Of a DNA stretch of 64,000 nucleotides, positions 1-9,732 are shown piece after piece (positions within the stretch are counted from its first letter, which is position 1; every line of letters begins with the position of its first letter). Under the pieces are notes generated by a model. That model searched no databases. It was not told where the DNA came from and was given only the letters and a program-made list of their open reading frames with translations. The position numbers and the translations under genes were made by a program. Source of the stretch: an uncultured Candidatus Rokubacteria bacterium (GTDB taxonomy: Bacteria > Methylomirabilota > Methylomirabilia > Rokubacteriales > CSP1-6); the NCBI GenBank assembly GCA_963758635.1, contig CAVWWD010000005.1, positions 512,001 to 576,000 on the forward strand. Reading direction: 5' to 3'.

Positions 1-83
1 CCCGGTCAGATCGACATGGTCTGGCCGCGCGCGGGCGACCGGCGGCTTGACGATGCCCGGACCCCCTCGTACGATCTCCGGCC

Positions 84-1019
84 ATGGACATCAAATATCG
101 GATCGGCATCATGCCGGGCCCGTGGCCGGCGGGGCGCGCAGGCGCGGATTTCGCGTGGGCGCTGACCGAGCTGTGCGAGACGCGCGGCATCGACTCGATC
201 TGGCTCTCCGACCGGCTCTCGTCCCCGGTGCCCGTGCCCGAGGTGATGACCACGCTGGCCGCGATGGCCGCGCGCACCACCACGCTGAAATTCGGGCCGA
301 GCGTCATCGTGCTCCCGTACCGGACGCCGGTGGTGGCGGCCAAGGAGATGGCCACGCTCGACTGGCTGTCGCACGGGCGCTTCTTCCCCGCGGTCGGCGT
401 GGGCGTGGAGCTGCCGCGCGAGTTCGAGGCCTCGGGCGTGCCGTTCCGGGAGCGCGGACGGCGCACCGACGAGGCGATCCGGGTGATCCGGATGCTCTGG
501 ACCGAGGACGAGGTCACCTACCAGGGCGAGTTCTTCAAGCTCGATCGCATCCGCGTCTTCCCCAAGCCGTGGCAGAGCCCGCCGCCGATCTGGATCGGGG
601 GCAAGAGCGAGGCAGCGATGCGACGCACGGCGCGCCTGGGCGACGGCTGGATGCCGTCCCTGATCACGCCCGAGGAGGCCCGCGTCGGCGTCGAGCGCGT
701 CCAGGAGTGGGCGCACGCCGAGGGACGCGAGGTGCCCGCCGACCACTTCGGCACGCTGATCAGCTACAACCTCGGCGCGAGCGCCGAGGCGGCCCGCGCG
801 GAGGCCGACCCCTACATCCAGCGCGGCCGCGTCGACGACGAGACCATGCGGCGCTGCACGGCGTTCGGCCCCTCCGACGTGCTGCGCGAGCGCATCGAGG
901 AGTACGTGAAGGCGGGCGTGTCGAAGTTCATCCTCCGGCCGCTGTGCCCGTCGGACCGCATGCTGGACCGGCTGGCCCAGGTGGCCGAGGACATCGTCCC
1001 CGAGTACCACCAGCGCTGA
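84..1019 (+). CDS. LLM class flavin/F420-dependent oxidoreductase
   Basis: 311 aa with luciferase-like motifs (DSIWLSDR, TLAAMAARTTTL, ATLDWLSHGRF, PPIWIGGKS, GDGWMP). Confidence 0.9.
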   Translation: MDIKYRIGIMPGPWPAGRAGADFAWALTELCETRGIDSIWLSDRLSSPVPVPEVMTTLAAMAARTTTLKFGPSVIVLPYRTPVVAAKEMATLDWLSHGRFFPAVGVGVELPREFEASGVPFRERGRRTDEAIRVIRMLWTEDEVTYQGEFFKLDRIRVFPKPWQSPPPIWIGGKSEAAMRRTARLGDGWMPSLITPEEARVGVERVQEWAHAEGREVPADHFGTLISYNLGASAEAARAEADPYIQRGRVDDETMRRCTAFGPSDVLRERIEEYVKAGVSKFILRPLCPSDRMLDRLAQVAEDIVPEYHQR

Positions 1020-1088
1020 CCCTCCGGCCGCGCTGACCGCCCGCGAGCGTGGACGCGCTCGCGGCGGGGCGCGCCGCCGCCCCGCCGC

Positions 1089-2009
1089 TCACCCGGCGTC
1101 GGGCAGGGTGAGCGCTCCCTCCAGCACCGGCACCACCGCGCCGCCGACGCGGATCGCCGTCGCGGCGGAGTCCACTTCGATGTGCACGAAGCTCTGGCGA
1201 CCCATGCGCGTCCCCTGCTCGCTGACGATCCGGGCCACCGCCCCGCGCGATCGCACGAGGCCGTGGCGCACGAGGTACGCGCCGAGCGGCCCGCTCGCCG
1301 ACCCCGTGGCGGGATCCTCGGGCACGCCCGAGGTGTGAGGCGCGAACATGCGCGCATATGCGCGCGCCGGTTCCGCATCCGCCGGCGAGTCGGGCGCGAA
1401 CACGAACACGCCCACCCGCGGCGCCTCGCCGAGGCAGGCGAGGATGGCGGACACGTCGAGACGGGCGCCGTCCACCGCCGCGCGGTCACGGAGGGGCACG
1501 TAGAGGAACGCCGATCCCGTCGAGCCCACCATGATGGGCGCGCCGGCCAGGAGATCGGCGGCGGAGAGCCCCAGCGCCCGCGCCACCGCGGGCCGGTCGG
1601 ACCGCTCGGGACCGAAGCGCGCCTCGCCGTGGCTCATCCAGACGAACCGCGGCGCGGCGGGATCGCCTTCCAGGGTGACGGGCACGGGCCCGATGCCCTC
1701 CTCCAGGAGGATCCGCCCCGCGCCGGCGGGCAAGAGCCCGCGCGTGGCGAGGACCCAGCTCGTGCCCACCGTGGGATGGCCCGCGAACGGCACCTCGCGC
1801 GCCGGCGTGAAGATGCGCACGCGCGCCGCGCAGTCCGGCCGGGTGGCCGGCAGCACGAACGTCGTCTCCGACAGGTTCATCTCGCGCGCCACCGCCTGCA
1901 TCTCGCCGTCGGCGAGGCCGCGCGCGTCGAGCACGACGGCGAGCGGGTTGCCGGCAAGGGGGCGCTCGGTGAAGACGTCGACCTGCACGACGCGGTAGGC
2001 GCGCGGCAC
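1089..2009 (-). CDS. PhzF family phenazine biosynthesis-like isomerase
   Basis: VDVFT..GNPLAVV, EMNLSETTF, RIFTP.REVPFAGHPT, EDPATGSA motifs; GTG start chosen 9 nt after TACAAT. Confidence 0.9.
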   Translation of the reverse strand: MPRAYRVVQVDVFTERPLAGNPLAVVLDARGLADGEMQAVAREMNLSETTFVLPATRPDCAARVRIFTPAREVPFAGHPTVGTSWVLATRGLLPAGAGRILLEEGIGPVPVTLEGDPAAPRFVWMSHGEARFGPERSDRPAVARALGLSAADLLAGAPIMVGSTGSAFLYVPLRDRAAVDGARLDVSAILACLGEAPRVGVFVFAPDSPADAEPARAYARMFAPHTSGVPEDPATGSASGPLGAYLVRHGLVRSRGAVARIVSEQGTRMGRQSFVHIEVDSAATAIRVGGAVVPVLEGALTLPDAG

Positions 2010-2110
2010 GGTGGCCACATTGTAGTGGCCGGGCGAGCCGAGGCAGGCGAGTGCGAGCCGCATGCGCGAGATGGCCGTGCGAGCCGACCGCTCGGTGAGC
2101 AAGGCGAGCC

Positions 2111-2183
2111 GAGCGCATATGGAAATGCAGTGGAACCAACCTCGAACCCTCTGAGCGTATATGGAAATGCAGTGGAAACAACC
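2111..2183. repeat. 31-bp direct repeat x2, period 42 nt
   Basis: GAGCGCATATGGAAATGCAGTGGAACCAACC (2111-2141) and GAGCGTATATGGAAATGCAGTGGAAACAACC (2153-2183), 2 mismatches. Confidence 0.9.
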
Positions 2184-2254
2184 GCCGACCGTACCGCCAG
2201 TCGACCGGAGTGCCCACGCCTTGTGCCTCGCCGGCCCACGCTTATACTGACGCC

Positions 2255-3217
2255 ATGCCCCCCGCCTGGATGTCTCGAGCCGCTCTCGTCGCGCTCGCCG
2301 CCGTCCTCCTCGCCGGATGCTCGGTGATCTCGGTGGACCTCTCGCCGCGCATCCGCCCGCTGGACGAGGAGACCGTGGAGGGCGAGGGCCCGTCGAAGGT
2401 CCTCCTGATGGATCTCTCCGGCGTCCTCTCCGAGGACACCGTCAGCCTCTCCCTCACCACGCCGCCGCCCCGGGTACCGCTCCTCGCCCGCGTCCGCGAG
2501 GAGCTGCGCCGCGCCGAGAAGGACGACCGCGTGAAGGCCCTCATCGTCCGCATCAACAGCCCGGGCGGCACCATCACCGCGTCCGACGTGATCTATCGAG
2601 AGATCCGGGAGTTCAAGGCGCGGCGGAAGATCCCGGTGATCGCGGCTATCGTCGACGTCGGCGCCTCGGGCGGGTACTACGTCGCCCTGGCCGCCGACCA
2701 GATCCTCGCCCACCCCACCAGCGTCACGGGCAGCATCGGCGTGGTGATGCTCACCCTGAACGCGCAGGGGCTGCTCGAGAAGATCGGGGTGGCGCCGCTC
2801 TCGATCAAGTCGGGCGCGATGAAGGACGCGGGCTCGCCGTTCCGCCAGCTCACGCCCGAGGAGCGCGCCGTGTTCCAGGGCGTCATCGACGAGATGTTCA
2901 CGCGCTTCGTGGGCCTGATCGTGGAGGCGCGCAAGATCCCCGCCGAGCGGGTGCGAGGCTTCGCCGACGGCCGCATCTACACGGCCGAGCAGGCGCGTGA
3001 GCTGGGCCTGGTCGATCGGCTGGGCTACATGGACGACGCCATCGAGATGGCGCGGAAGGCCGCCGGCCTCACCGAGGCCCGCGTGGTCATGTACCACCGC
3101 CCGCGCGAGTACCGCACGAACTACTACTCGACCACACCCTCGGCGGAGACGGCCCTCACACGGCTGGCCCCGCTCCTGGGCGCCACGCCCGGCTTCTTCT
3201 ACCTCTGGATGCCCTGA
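2255..3217 (+). CDS. sppA: Signal peptide peptidase SppA (S49), lipoprotein
   Basis: RINSPGG, GASGGYYVA, TGSIGV, KSGAMKD, DGRIYTA motifs; lipobox LLAGC. Confidence 0.9.
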   Translation: MPPAWMSRAALVALAAVLLAGCSVISVDLSPRIRPLDEETVEGEGPSKVLLMDLSGVLSEDTVSLSLTTPPPRVPLLARVREELRRAEKDDRVKALIVRINSPGGTITASDVIYREIREFKARRKIPVIAAIVDVGASGGYYVALAADQILAHPTSVTGSIGVVMLTLNAQGLLEKIGVAPLSIKSGAMKDAGSPFRQLTPEERAVFQGVIDEMFTRFVGLIVEARKIPAERVRGFADGRIYTAEQARELGLVDRLGYMDDAIEMARKAAGLTEARVVMYHRPREYRTNYYSTTPSAETALTRLAPLLGATPGFFYLWMP

Positions 3218-3259
3218 GCGGCGGCCGGCCGGGCCCGGTGAGCATCGGGCGAAGGGGTC

Positions 3260-3499
3260 TCATCCGCGCGCCTCCGTTTCCGTCAGCGGGCCGGAGCCGC
3301 TCGGCCGGTGGCCCGCGCACCGCAGCACGGGCAGCCGGGGATACCGCGCGAAGGCGGGATCACGCTCGGCGCGGCCGCACCGCCAGAAGACCGAGCCGCG
3401 CGCCGAGACCACGCGCCGGGCCTCGACGCAGTCGGCGCAGAGCCCGGGATCCACGGCCTCACGCGTGGGGCGCTCCCGCTCCACCGCCCCGTCGTCCAC
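3260..3499 (-). CDS. Small Cys-rich hypothetical protein, possible Zn binder
   Basis: 79 aa, GLCADC...SVFWRC...YPRLPVLRC; abuts the Nudix gene stop. Confidence 0.65.
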   Translation of the reverse strand: MDDGAVERERPTREAVDPGLCADCVEARRVVSARGSVFWRCGRAERDPAFARYPRLPVLRCAGHRPSGSGPLTETEARG

Positions 3500-4087
3500 T
3501 CACGTGGTCGCCTCCGACTCGTCCAGGAGGTCGAGGAACTGGCGCAGGATCCGGGCCGTGGCGCCCCACACCACGTCGTCCTTCGAGACCTGGAAGAAGT
3601 ACACCACGTGCGGCTCGCCGCCGCGCTCCCAGACCTCGCTGTGAAAGATGGCAGGGTCGCGCAGCGTCGTCAGCGGCACCTCGATGACGCGCTCGATCTC
3701 GCGGCCGTCCGGCTCGAACCGCACGGGCTCGCGCACGATCCCCACCACCGGGGTGATGATGAACGGCGTCGCGCGGGTCGCGGTGTCGTCGAGGAGGCCC
3801 AGGACCTCCACGGCCTCGGACGGCAGCCGGATCTCCTCCCACGCCTCGCGGAGCGCCGTCTCCACGCGGGAGGCGTCGCCCGCCTCGCACACACCGCCGG
3901 GGAACGAGAACTGGCCCTTGTGGTGCGGGACCGCGTCGGACTTCTTGGTGAAGACCACGTGCGGGCCGCCGTGGTCGGTGATGGGCAGCAGCACGGCGGA
4001 AGGAATGAGGTCGGCGGGGTCCAGGCTCACTCGCGGCCGGCGCGACAGCCCGCCGTCGAGCTTTCGGCGTAGCGCTTCGAGATCCAC
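3500..4087 (-). CDS. Nudix hydrolase, CoA pyrophosphatase type
   Basis: [24 protein letters not shown] Nudix box, VWGATARIL. Confidence 0.92.
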   Translation of the reverse strand: MDLEALRRKLDGGLSRRPRVSLDPADLIPSAVLLPITDHGGPHVVFTKKSDAVPHHKGQFSFPGGVCEAGDASRVETALREAWEEIRLPSEAVEVLGLLDDTATRATPFIITPVVGIVREPVRFEPDGREIERVIEVPLTTLRDPAIFHSEVWERGGEPHVVYFFQVSKDDVVWGATARILRQFLDLLDESEATT

Positions 4088-4091
4088 CCGT

Positions 4092-4430
4092 CTATCGGCT
4101 CTTCTTCTTCGACGTCGGGCGCTTGGCGGCCCTCACCTTCGACTTCGCTTTGGATCGCGCCGGCCGCGGTCGCACCGCCGTCGCCGCATACGGCTCGTTG
4201 CGCGCGCCGACGCCGCCACGGATCATCGACCCCGACCGGATGACCCGGATCCACGCGTCGATCTCCCGGGCGAGCTCGGGATAGCAGCGGCTCCGGTACG
4301 CCTCGAGCGCATGCAGGGCGGCGGGGTCCTTCCAGGGCTTGAGGACGAAAGGCGCCTCGGGGTCGGCCGTGTCGAACGGGCCCTCCGTGGCCATCGCCAT
4401 CACCACGTACCGCCGGGTCAGCTCCGCCAT
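4092..4430 (-). CDS. Hypothetical protein with Lys-rich C-terminal tail
   Basis: 112 aa from ATG with GGAGG SD; stop 4 nt before Nudix start; ends [18 protein letters not shown]. Confidence 0.75.
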   Translation of the reverse strand: MAELTRRYVVMAMATEGPFDTADPEAPFVLKPWKDPAALHALEAYRSRCYPELAREIDAWIRVIRSGSMIRGGVGARNEPYAATAVRPRPARSKAKSKVRAAKRPTSKKKSR

Positions 4431-4450
4431 CTCGTCCTCCCTCCCGTCGA

Positions 4451-4543
4451 GGTTGTGAAGCAATGCGGATTCCGACTTCGCCGTGCGGGCCAACACCGCG
4501 ATTCTGCGTACACACGCGGGGCCGCCTCGCCATTCATTCACGA
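4451..4543 (-). repeat. Repeat family A copy 1 (~90 nt, GTGAA...TTCAC ends)
   Basis: Reverse complement aligns with 12350-12444 and 19697-19790. Confidence 0.9.
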
Positions 4544-4655
4544 GCCCGTCGAGGCCCACCGTGCATGTCGTCCCTCGCAACGACTCGGTGGGCAGCCTAC
4601 TCCGGCGGACGGCAGCGCCGCAAGGCGCTATCGCCGCTCTGCTACCATACGGGGC

Positions 4656-5753
4656 GTGGGCAACACGTTCGGCCAGCTCTTCCGCGTCACCACGTGGGGC
4701 GAGTCCCACGGCGCGGCCATCGGCGCGGTAATCGACGGCTGTCCCCCGCTCCTGCCTCTGTCCGAGGCGGACATCCAGCCGGACCTGGACCGGCGCGCGC
4801 CCGGGCAGAGCGCGCTCGTGACCCAGCGCAAGGAGTCCGACACCGTGCGCATCCTCTCGGGCGTCTTCGAGGGGCAGACGCTCGGGACCCCGATCAGCCT
4901 GTCGATCCTCAACGAGGACATGCGGCCGGGCGACTACCGCGAGGTGCGCGAGAAGTACAGGCCGAGCCACGCCGACTACACCTACGTGGCGAAGTACGGC
5001 ATCCGCGACTGGCGCGGGGGCGGCCGCACCAGCGCGCGCGAGACCGCGGGCCGCGTCGCCGCCGGCGCCATCGCGCGGAAGCTCCTCGCCCACCGGTACG
5101 GCGTGGAGATCGTGGCCTGGGTCTCCAAGGTCGGCCGCCTCGTCGTGGACTGTGACGGCGACAAGGTGACCCGCGAGCAGGTCGAGCAGACGCCCATCCG
5201 CTGCCCGGACCTCGCGATGGCCGAGCGGATGATCGCCGCGGTGGAGGCGGCGCGGAAGGAGGGCAACTCCCTGGGTGGCGTCGTCAGCGCGGTGGCGCGC
5301 GGCTGCCCGCCCGGGTGGGGCGAGCCGGTGTTCGACCGCCTCGAGGCCGACCTGGCCCGCGCGGTCATGAGCCTGCCCGCGAGCAAGGGGTTCGAGGTGG
5401 GCTCGGGCTTCGCCGGCACCGACCTGACCGGCCTCGAGCACAACGACGAGTTCTACATGGAAGGCGACCGGGTCCGCACCCGCACGAACAGGAGCGGCGG
5501 CGTCCAGGGCGGCATCAGCAACGGCGAGACCGTCTGCTTCCGCGTGGCCTTCAAGCCCACCGCGACGGTGCTGCGCGAACAGCGGACGGTCAGCGTCCTC
5601 GGCGAGGAGACCACGATCCAGGGCCGCGGGCGTCACGATCCCTGCGTGCTCCCCCGCGCGGTGCCGATGGTGGAGGCGATGGCCGCCCTGGTCCTCGCCG
5701 ATCATGCGCTGCGCCACGACGCGATCCGCCCGCATTCGCCTTCCCCGTCCTGA
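4656..5753 (+). CDS. aroC: Chorismate synthase
   Basis: [39 protein letters not shown] motifs. Confidence 0.97.
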   Translation: MGNTFGQLFRVTTWGESHGAAIGAVIDGCPPLLPLSEADIQPDLDRRAPGQSALVTQRKESDTVRILSGVFEGQTLGTPISLSILNEDMRPGDYREVREKYRPSHADYTYVAKYGIRDWRGGGRTSARETAGRVAAGAIARKLLAHRYGVEIVAWVSKVGRLVVDCDGDKVTREQVEQTPIRCPDLAMAERMIAAVEAARKEGNSLGGVVSAVARGCPPGWGEPVFDRLEADLARAVMSLPASKGFEVGSGFAGTDLTGLEHNDEFYMEGDRVRTRTNRSGGVQGGISNGETVCFRVAFKPTATVLREQRTVSVLGEETTIQGRGRHDPCVLPRAVPMVEAMAALVLADHALRHDAIRPHSPSPS

Positions 5754-5820
5754 TCCGCCCCGACAGCGCCGGACCGCTTGACCGGTGCGACGGGTTCTGT
5801 GACCCTGTGCCCGACGTCCC

Positions 5821-8295
5821 ATGACCGAGCGCAACGACATCGCCGCCCCCTACGAGAGCCTGGCCGAGATCGCGCAGCTGGTCACCGCCTCGCTCGACCT
5901 TTCGGAGGTGCTCGAGGCCGTCGTGCGGGCCGCGACCGGGCTCGTCCCCGACTCGATCTCGCGCATCTGGAGCCTCGAGGAGGACCGCCTCGTGCTGCGG
6001 GCCGAGGTCAACCTCCGCGTGCCCGGCAGCGGCACGCACCAGCTGGCGATGGGTGAGGGGCTGGTGGGCCACGTGTGGGCGGAAGCCGAGGTGCTCGTCG
6101 TGGACGACGTGATGGCGGACCACCGCCTGGTCAATCGCGAGACGGCCCGAGCCGAGGGGCTCAACTCCTTCGTGGGCATCCCGCTCGTCGCGCACAAGCG
6201 GTTCCAGGGGGTGCTCGCGGTGTTCACGCGCGGCCCGCATCGCTTCAGCGCGGACGAGCTGACCACGCTCATCTCGTTCGGGCAGCAGGCGGCCATCGCG
6301 ATCGAGAACGCGCGCCTCTTCGCGCGCGAGCAGGCTGCGCGCACCGCGGCCGAGGCGTCGCAGCACCGCCTGCGCGACCTCGTGGACCGGATGGACGCCA
6401 TCGTCGCCGAGGCCGACGCCCGGACCTTCCGCTTCTCGTTCGTGAGCCGCTCGGCCGAGACGATCCTCGGCTACCCCATCCAGCAGTGGCTCGACGAGCC
6501 GGACTTCTGGACGCGCCACCTCCATCCCGACGATCGCGACCGCACCGTCGACCGCTGCCTCGTCGAGACACGCGAGGGCCGCGACCACACCCTCGAGTAC
6601 CGGATGGTGGCCGTGGACGGCCGCGTCGTCTGGGTGCGGGACACCGTGCGCGTGGTGCGCGACCCCGAAGGCCGGCCCGCCGCGCTCCAGTGCCTCCTCG
6701 TGGACATCAGCGAGCGCAAGCGCGCGGAGACGCTCCTCGCCAGCGAGAAGCACGTGCTCGAGATGTCGGCATCGGGCGCGCCGCTCTCCGAGGTGCTCGA
6801 CGCCCTGTGCGCCGCCGTCGAGACGCTGTCGGACGGCGCGGTCTGCTCGCTCCTGCTCCGGGACGCCGGCGGCGGGCGCCTCCGCCACGCCGCGGCGCCC
6901 AGCCTGCCCGCCGAGTACGTCGCCGCCATCGACGGCATCCAGATCGGCCCGGACGTGGGCTCGTGCGGCACCGCCGCCCACGAGGGGCGCCCCGTCGTGG
7001 CAGAGGACATCGGGATCGACCCGCGGTGGGACGCCTTCCGGCACCTCGCCCTTCCCCACGGCCTCCGCGCCTGCTGGTCCACGCCCATCTTCGCCCGCGA
7101 CGGCAACGTGCTCGGGACCTTCGCGGTCTACTACCGGACGCCGCGGCGGCCCACGCCGGTCGAGGAGCGGCTCATCGAGCGGGCCACCGACATCGCGGCC
7201 CTCGTCATCGCCCGCGAGCGGGCGGAGCAGGCGCTCCAGGCCCAGGCCGCCGCGCTGGCCGCGAGCGAGGCGCGCCACCGGGCGCTCCTCGCCAACACCC
7301 CCGACGCGGCGTGGTGCATCGACCAGGCGGGGCGCGCGCTCTTCGTGAGTCCGCGCATCGAGGCCGTCACGAGCCTCTCCGCGGCCGAGTTCGCGGCGCG
7401 CGGCCGGCAGGTCTGGCGCGAGCGGGTCCATCCCGACGACGAGCGCGCCATCGACGAGGGGTGGATCGGGCTCTTCGAGGGCGGTGGCACCTACGACGTG
7501 GAGTACCGCTTCTGCCGCAAGGACGGGCGGTGGGTGTGGCTGCACAGCCGGGCGGTGACCATCGACAGCGAGGCCGGCCAGCCCCTCGCCTACGGCGTCG
7601 TCTCCGACATCACGGAGCGGAAGCAGGCGTCGGAGATCCGCGCGCGCCTCCTCAACCAGGCCATCACCGCCCAGGAGGAGGAGCGGCGCCGCATCGCGCG
7701 GGAGCTCCACGACGACACCGCGCAGTCGCTGGCCTCCCTGCTCGTCGGGCTCGACGTGCTCCGGAGCGCGCGCACGCTGAGGGACGCGCGCCGGCAGGCC
7801 CAGGCCCTGCACCGGGTGGCCGCGAGCGCGCTCGACGACGTCCGCCTCCTCGCGCGCGGGCTGCGCCCCTCGGTCCTCGACGACCTGGGCCTGCTGGCCG
7901 CCGCCGAGCGCTACGCGACGGAGTTCCAGAAATCGCGGGGCATCGCCGTCTACGTGCGGGCCTCTGGCGTGGGCAAGCGTCTCCCCGCCTCGGTGGAGAC
8001 CGCCCTGTATCGCATCATGCAGGAGGCGCTGGCCAACGTGGCCAAGCACGCGGGCGCCCGCGCGGCCAGCGTGGTGATCGAGCGCCGCGCCGCCTCGGTG
8101 GCCATGGCGGTGAGCGACGACGGGCACGGGTTCGACGTGGGCGCGGTGCTCGCCGACTCTCAACACGGGGGGCACATGGGTCTGCACGGCATGCGCGAGC
8201 GCGCCCTCCTGCTGGACGGCACGCTCGCGATCAGCTCCGTGCCCGGCGCGGGCACGCGTGTCCTCGCCGAGGTGCCGCTCCTGGAGGGCGCATGA
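5821..8295 (+). CDS. Cytoplasmic sensor histidine kinase GAF-PAS-GAF-PAS-HisKA_3-HATPase
   Basis: AAIAIENARL, HPDDR PAS, VGSCGTAA GAF, EERRRIARELHD H-box, QEALANVAKHA, DDGHGF. Confidence 0.93.
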   Translation: MTERNDIAAPYESLAEIAQLVTASLDLSEVLEAVVRAATGLVPDSISRIWSLEEDRLVLRAEVNLRVPGSGTHQLAMGEGLVGHVWAEAEVLVVDDVMADHRLVNRETARAEGLNSFVGIPLVAHKRFQGVLAVFTRGPHRFSADELTTLISFGQQAAIAIENARLFAREQAARTAAEASQHRLRDLVDRMDAIVAEADARTFRFSFVSRSAETILGYPIQQWLDEPDFWTRHLHPDDRDRTVDRCLVETREGRDHTLEYRMVAVDGRVVWVRDTVRVVRDPEGRPAALQCLLVDISERKRAETLLASEKHVLEMSASGAPLSEVLDALCAAVETLSDGAVCSLLLRDAGGGRLRHAAAPSLPAEYVAAIDGIQIGPDVGSCGTAAHEGRPVVAEDIGIDPRWDAFRHLALPHGLRACWSTPIFARDGNVLGTFAVYYRTPRRPTPVEERLIERATDIAALVIARERAEQALQAQAAALAASEARHRALLANTPDAAWCIDQAGRALFVSPRIEAVTSLSAAEFAARGRQVWRERVHPDDERAIDEGWIGLFEGGGTYDVEYRFCRKDGRWVWLHSRAVTIDSEAGQPLAYGVVSDITERKQASEIRARLLNQAITAQEEERRRIARELHDDTAQSLASLLVGLDVLRSARTLRDARRQAQALHRVAASALDDVRLLARGLRPSVLDDLGLLAAAERYATEFQKSRGIAVYVRASGVGKRLPASVETALYRIMQEALANVAKHAGARAASVVIERRAASVAMAVSDDGHGFDVGAVLADSQHGGHMGLHGMRERALLLDGTLAISSVPGAGTRVLAEVPLLEGA

Positions 8296-8978
8296 GAAAG
8301 ATCCGGATCCTCCTCGCCGACGACCACGCCGTCCTCCGCGCGGGCCTCCGCGCCCTCATCGACGCCCAGCCCGACATGCGCGTGGTCGCCGAGGCGGGCG
8401 ACGGCCTCGAGGCCCTCCGCCAGGCGCAGGACACGCACCCGGACGTGGCGATCGTGGACATCTCGATGCCGGAGCTGTCGGGCATCGACGCCATCGAACG
8501 GCTCCGGCGCCGCAGCGCGGGCACCCGCGTGCTCATCCTGACCATGCACGACAACGTCGCGTACGCGCGCGCCGCCCTCGCCGCCGGCGCCTCCGGCCAC
8601 ATCGTGAAGGACGTCGAGGGGGCCGAGCTCCTCACCGCCATCCGGGCCGTGCACCGCGGGCGCACCGTCGTGCACCTCACGCGCGAGGCCGGCGCCACGA
8701 CCACCGCGGTGGCGCCCGAGGAGCCCGGGCCGCGCCCGGTGGGGCCCGACGTGCTGAGCGAGCGGGAGCGCCAGGTCCTGACCCTGGTCGCCCAGGGCCA
8801 CACCAATCGCGAGGTGGCCGACCGCCTGTCGCTGAGCGTGAAGACCGTGGAGACCTACCGCGCGCGGCTCAGCGAGAAGCTCGGCCTCCGGACGCGCGCT
8901 GAGCTCTTCCGCGTCGCCCTGCGCGCGAGCCTCCTGCCCGCCTCCGATCCTCCCGCGCCGGCGCCCGACAGCCCGTAG
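8292..8978 (+). CDS. NarL/LuxR family response regulator
   Basis: ILLADDH, DISMP receiver; LSERERQVL...KTVETYR HTH; ATGA overlap with kinase. Confidence 0.95.
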   Translation: MRKIRILLADDHAVLRAGLRALIDAQPDMRVVAEAGDGLEALRQAQDTHPDVAIVDISMPELSGIDAIERLRRRSAGTRVLILTMHDNVAYARAALAAGASGHIVKDVEGAELLTAIRAVHRGRTVVHLTREAGATTTAVAPEEPGPRPVGPDVLSERERQVLTLVAQGHTNREVADRLSLSVKTVETYRARLSEKLGLRTRAELFRVALRASLLPASDPPAPAPDSP

Positions 8979-8999
8979 CCGCGTCCAGCGTCTCCGCCC

Positions 9000-9022
9000 G
9001 TGCCGGGGAGTTTCCCCGACAC
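9000..9022. promoter_or_regulatory. Inverted repeat, candidate response regulator site
   Basis: GTGCCGGGGAGTTTCCCCGACAC dyad just after the regulator gene. Confidence 0.4.
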
Positions 9023-9030
9023 GGGGTCCG

Positions 9031-9249
9031 TGCCACGACCCCTACACCGGCGGCCACTGCGAGCGGCTCCGGCGCTACGCGACGGCGCTCGGCGTGGACA
9101 AGGACACGCTCAAGGCGCTCTGGCTCGCCGGCTACCTGCACGACCTGGGCAAGGTCGCGGTGCCCGACGGCATCCTGCTCAAGCCCGGCAAGCTCTGCAC
9201 CACCTTCGAGGCCGTCCTGCGCGAGGGAGGCGCGGGCGTCCTCCGCTGA
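9031..9249 (+). pseudogene. HD-GYP phosphodiesterase fragment
   Basis: HDPYTGGHCERL...YLHDLGKVAVPDGILLKPGKL; no adjacent in-frame start, GYP half missing. Confidence 0.8.
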
Positions 9250-9292
9250 CCGACCCGGACGCCGCTACGGCTCCCGGCCCCGCCGACCGCGG

Positions 9293-9732
9293 TCACTCGG
9301 GAGCGGGAGCGGTCACCGACTCCGCCACCCAGCCCTCGCGGCCGTCGGCCAGGCGGACGCGATACCACTGGTTGCGCGCCTCGAGGACGTCGACGCGCGT
9401 GCCCTTCCGGAGGACGGCGACAATGCGGCCGCTCGTCCCCGGAGCCGCGCGGAAGTTGGCGAGGGACGTTTTGATGAAGACCGCGCGGGCCGATTCCATC
9501 GGCGCCTGCTCGGACGGCCCCGGCGCGGGCGCCGGCGGGGTGGGAGCGGGAGCCGCCGGGGCGGGAGCGGGGGCCGGAACTGGGGCCTGAGGCGCGGGAG
9601 CGGGGGCCGCCGGGGTGGGAGCGGGGGGGCCGGTTGCGCGGTCGCGTCGTCGCCCTTCGCCGGCTTCGTCGACTCGCAGCCGGCGAGGCCGAGCGCGGCG
9701 AGGCCGAATGCCACCAGCAGCACGATCGTCAC
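9293..9732 (-). CDS. SH3b-domain lipoprotein with Pro/Ala linker (frameshifted ~9625)
   Basis: Lipobox LAGC in one frame; ANFRAAPG..VLEARNQWYRV..GREGWV in another; shift at a G7 run. Confidence 0.8.

Noticed and set aside
1089..2009. Phenazine biosynthesis cluster
   Set aside because: Lone PhzF-family gene with no other phz genes; aroC nearby is housekeeping
2111..2183. Mini CRISPR array (second copy contains GGAAAC)
   Set aside because: Only two repeats, an 11-nt spacer and no cas genes in the window
5590..8187. Long antisense and alternate-frame ORFs (also 10310-12355, 33570-36326, 44325-46589, 50612-53485)
   Set aside because: Shadow ORFs expected at high GC; they overlap well-supported genes and carry no motifs
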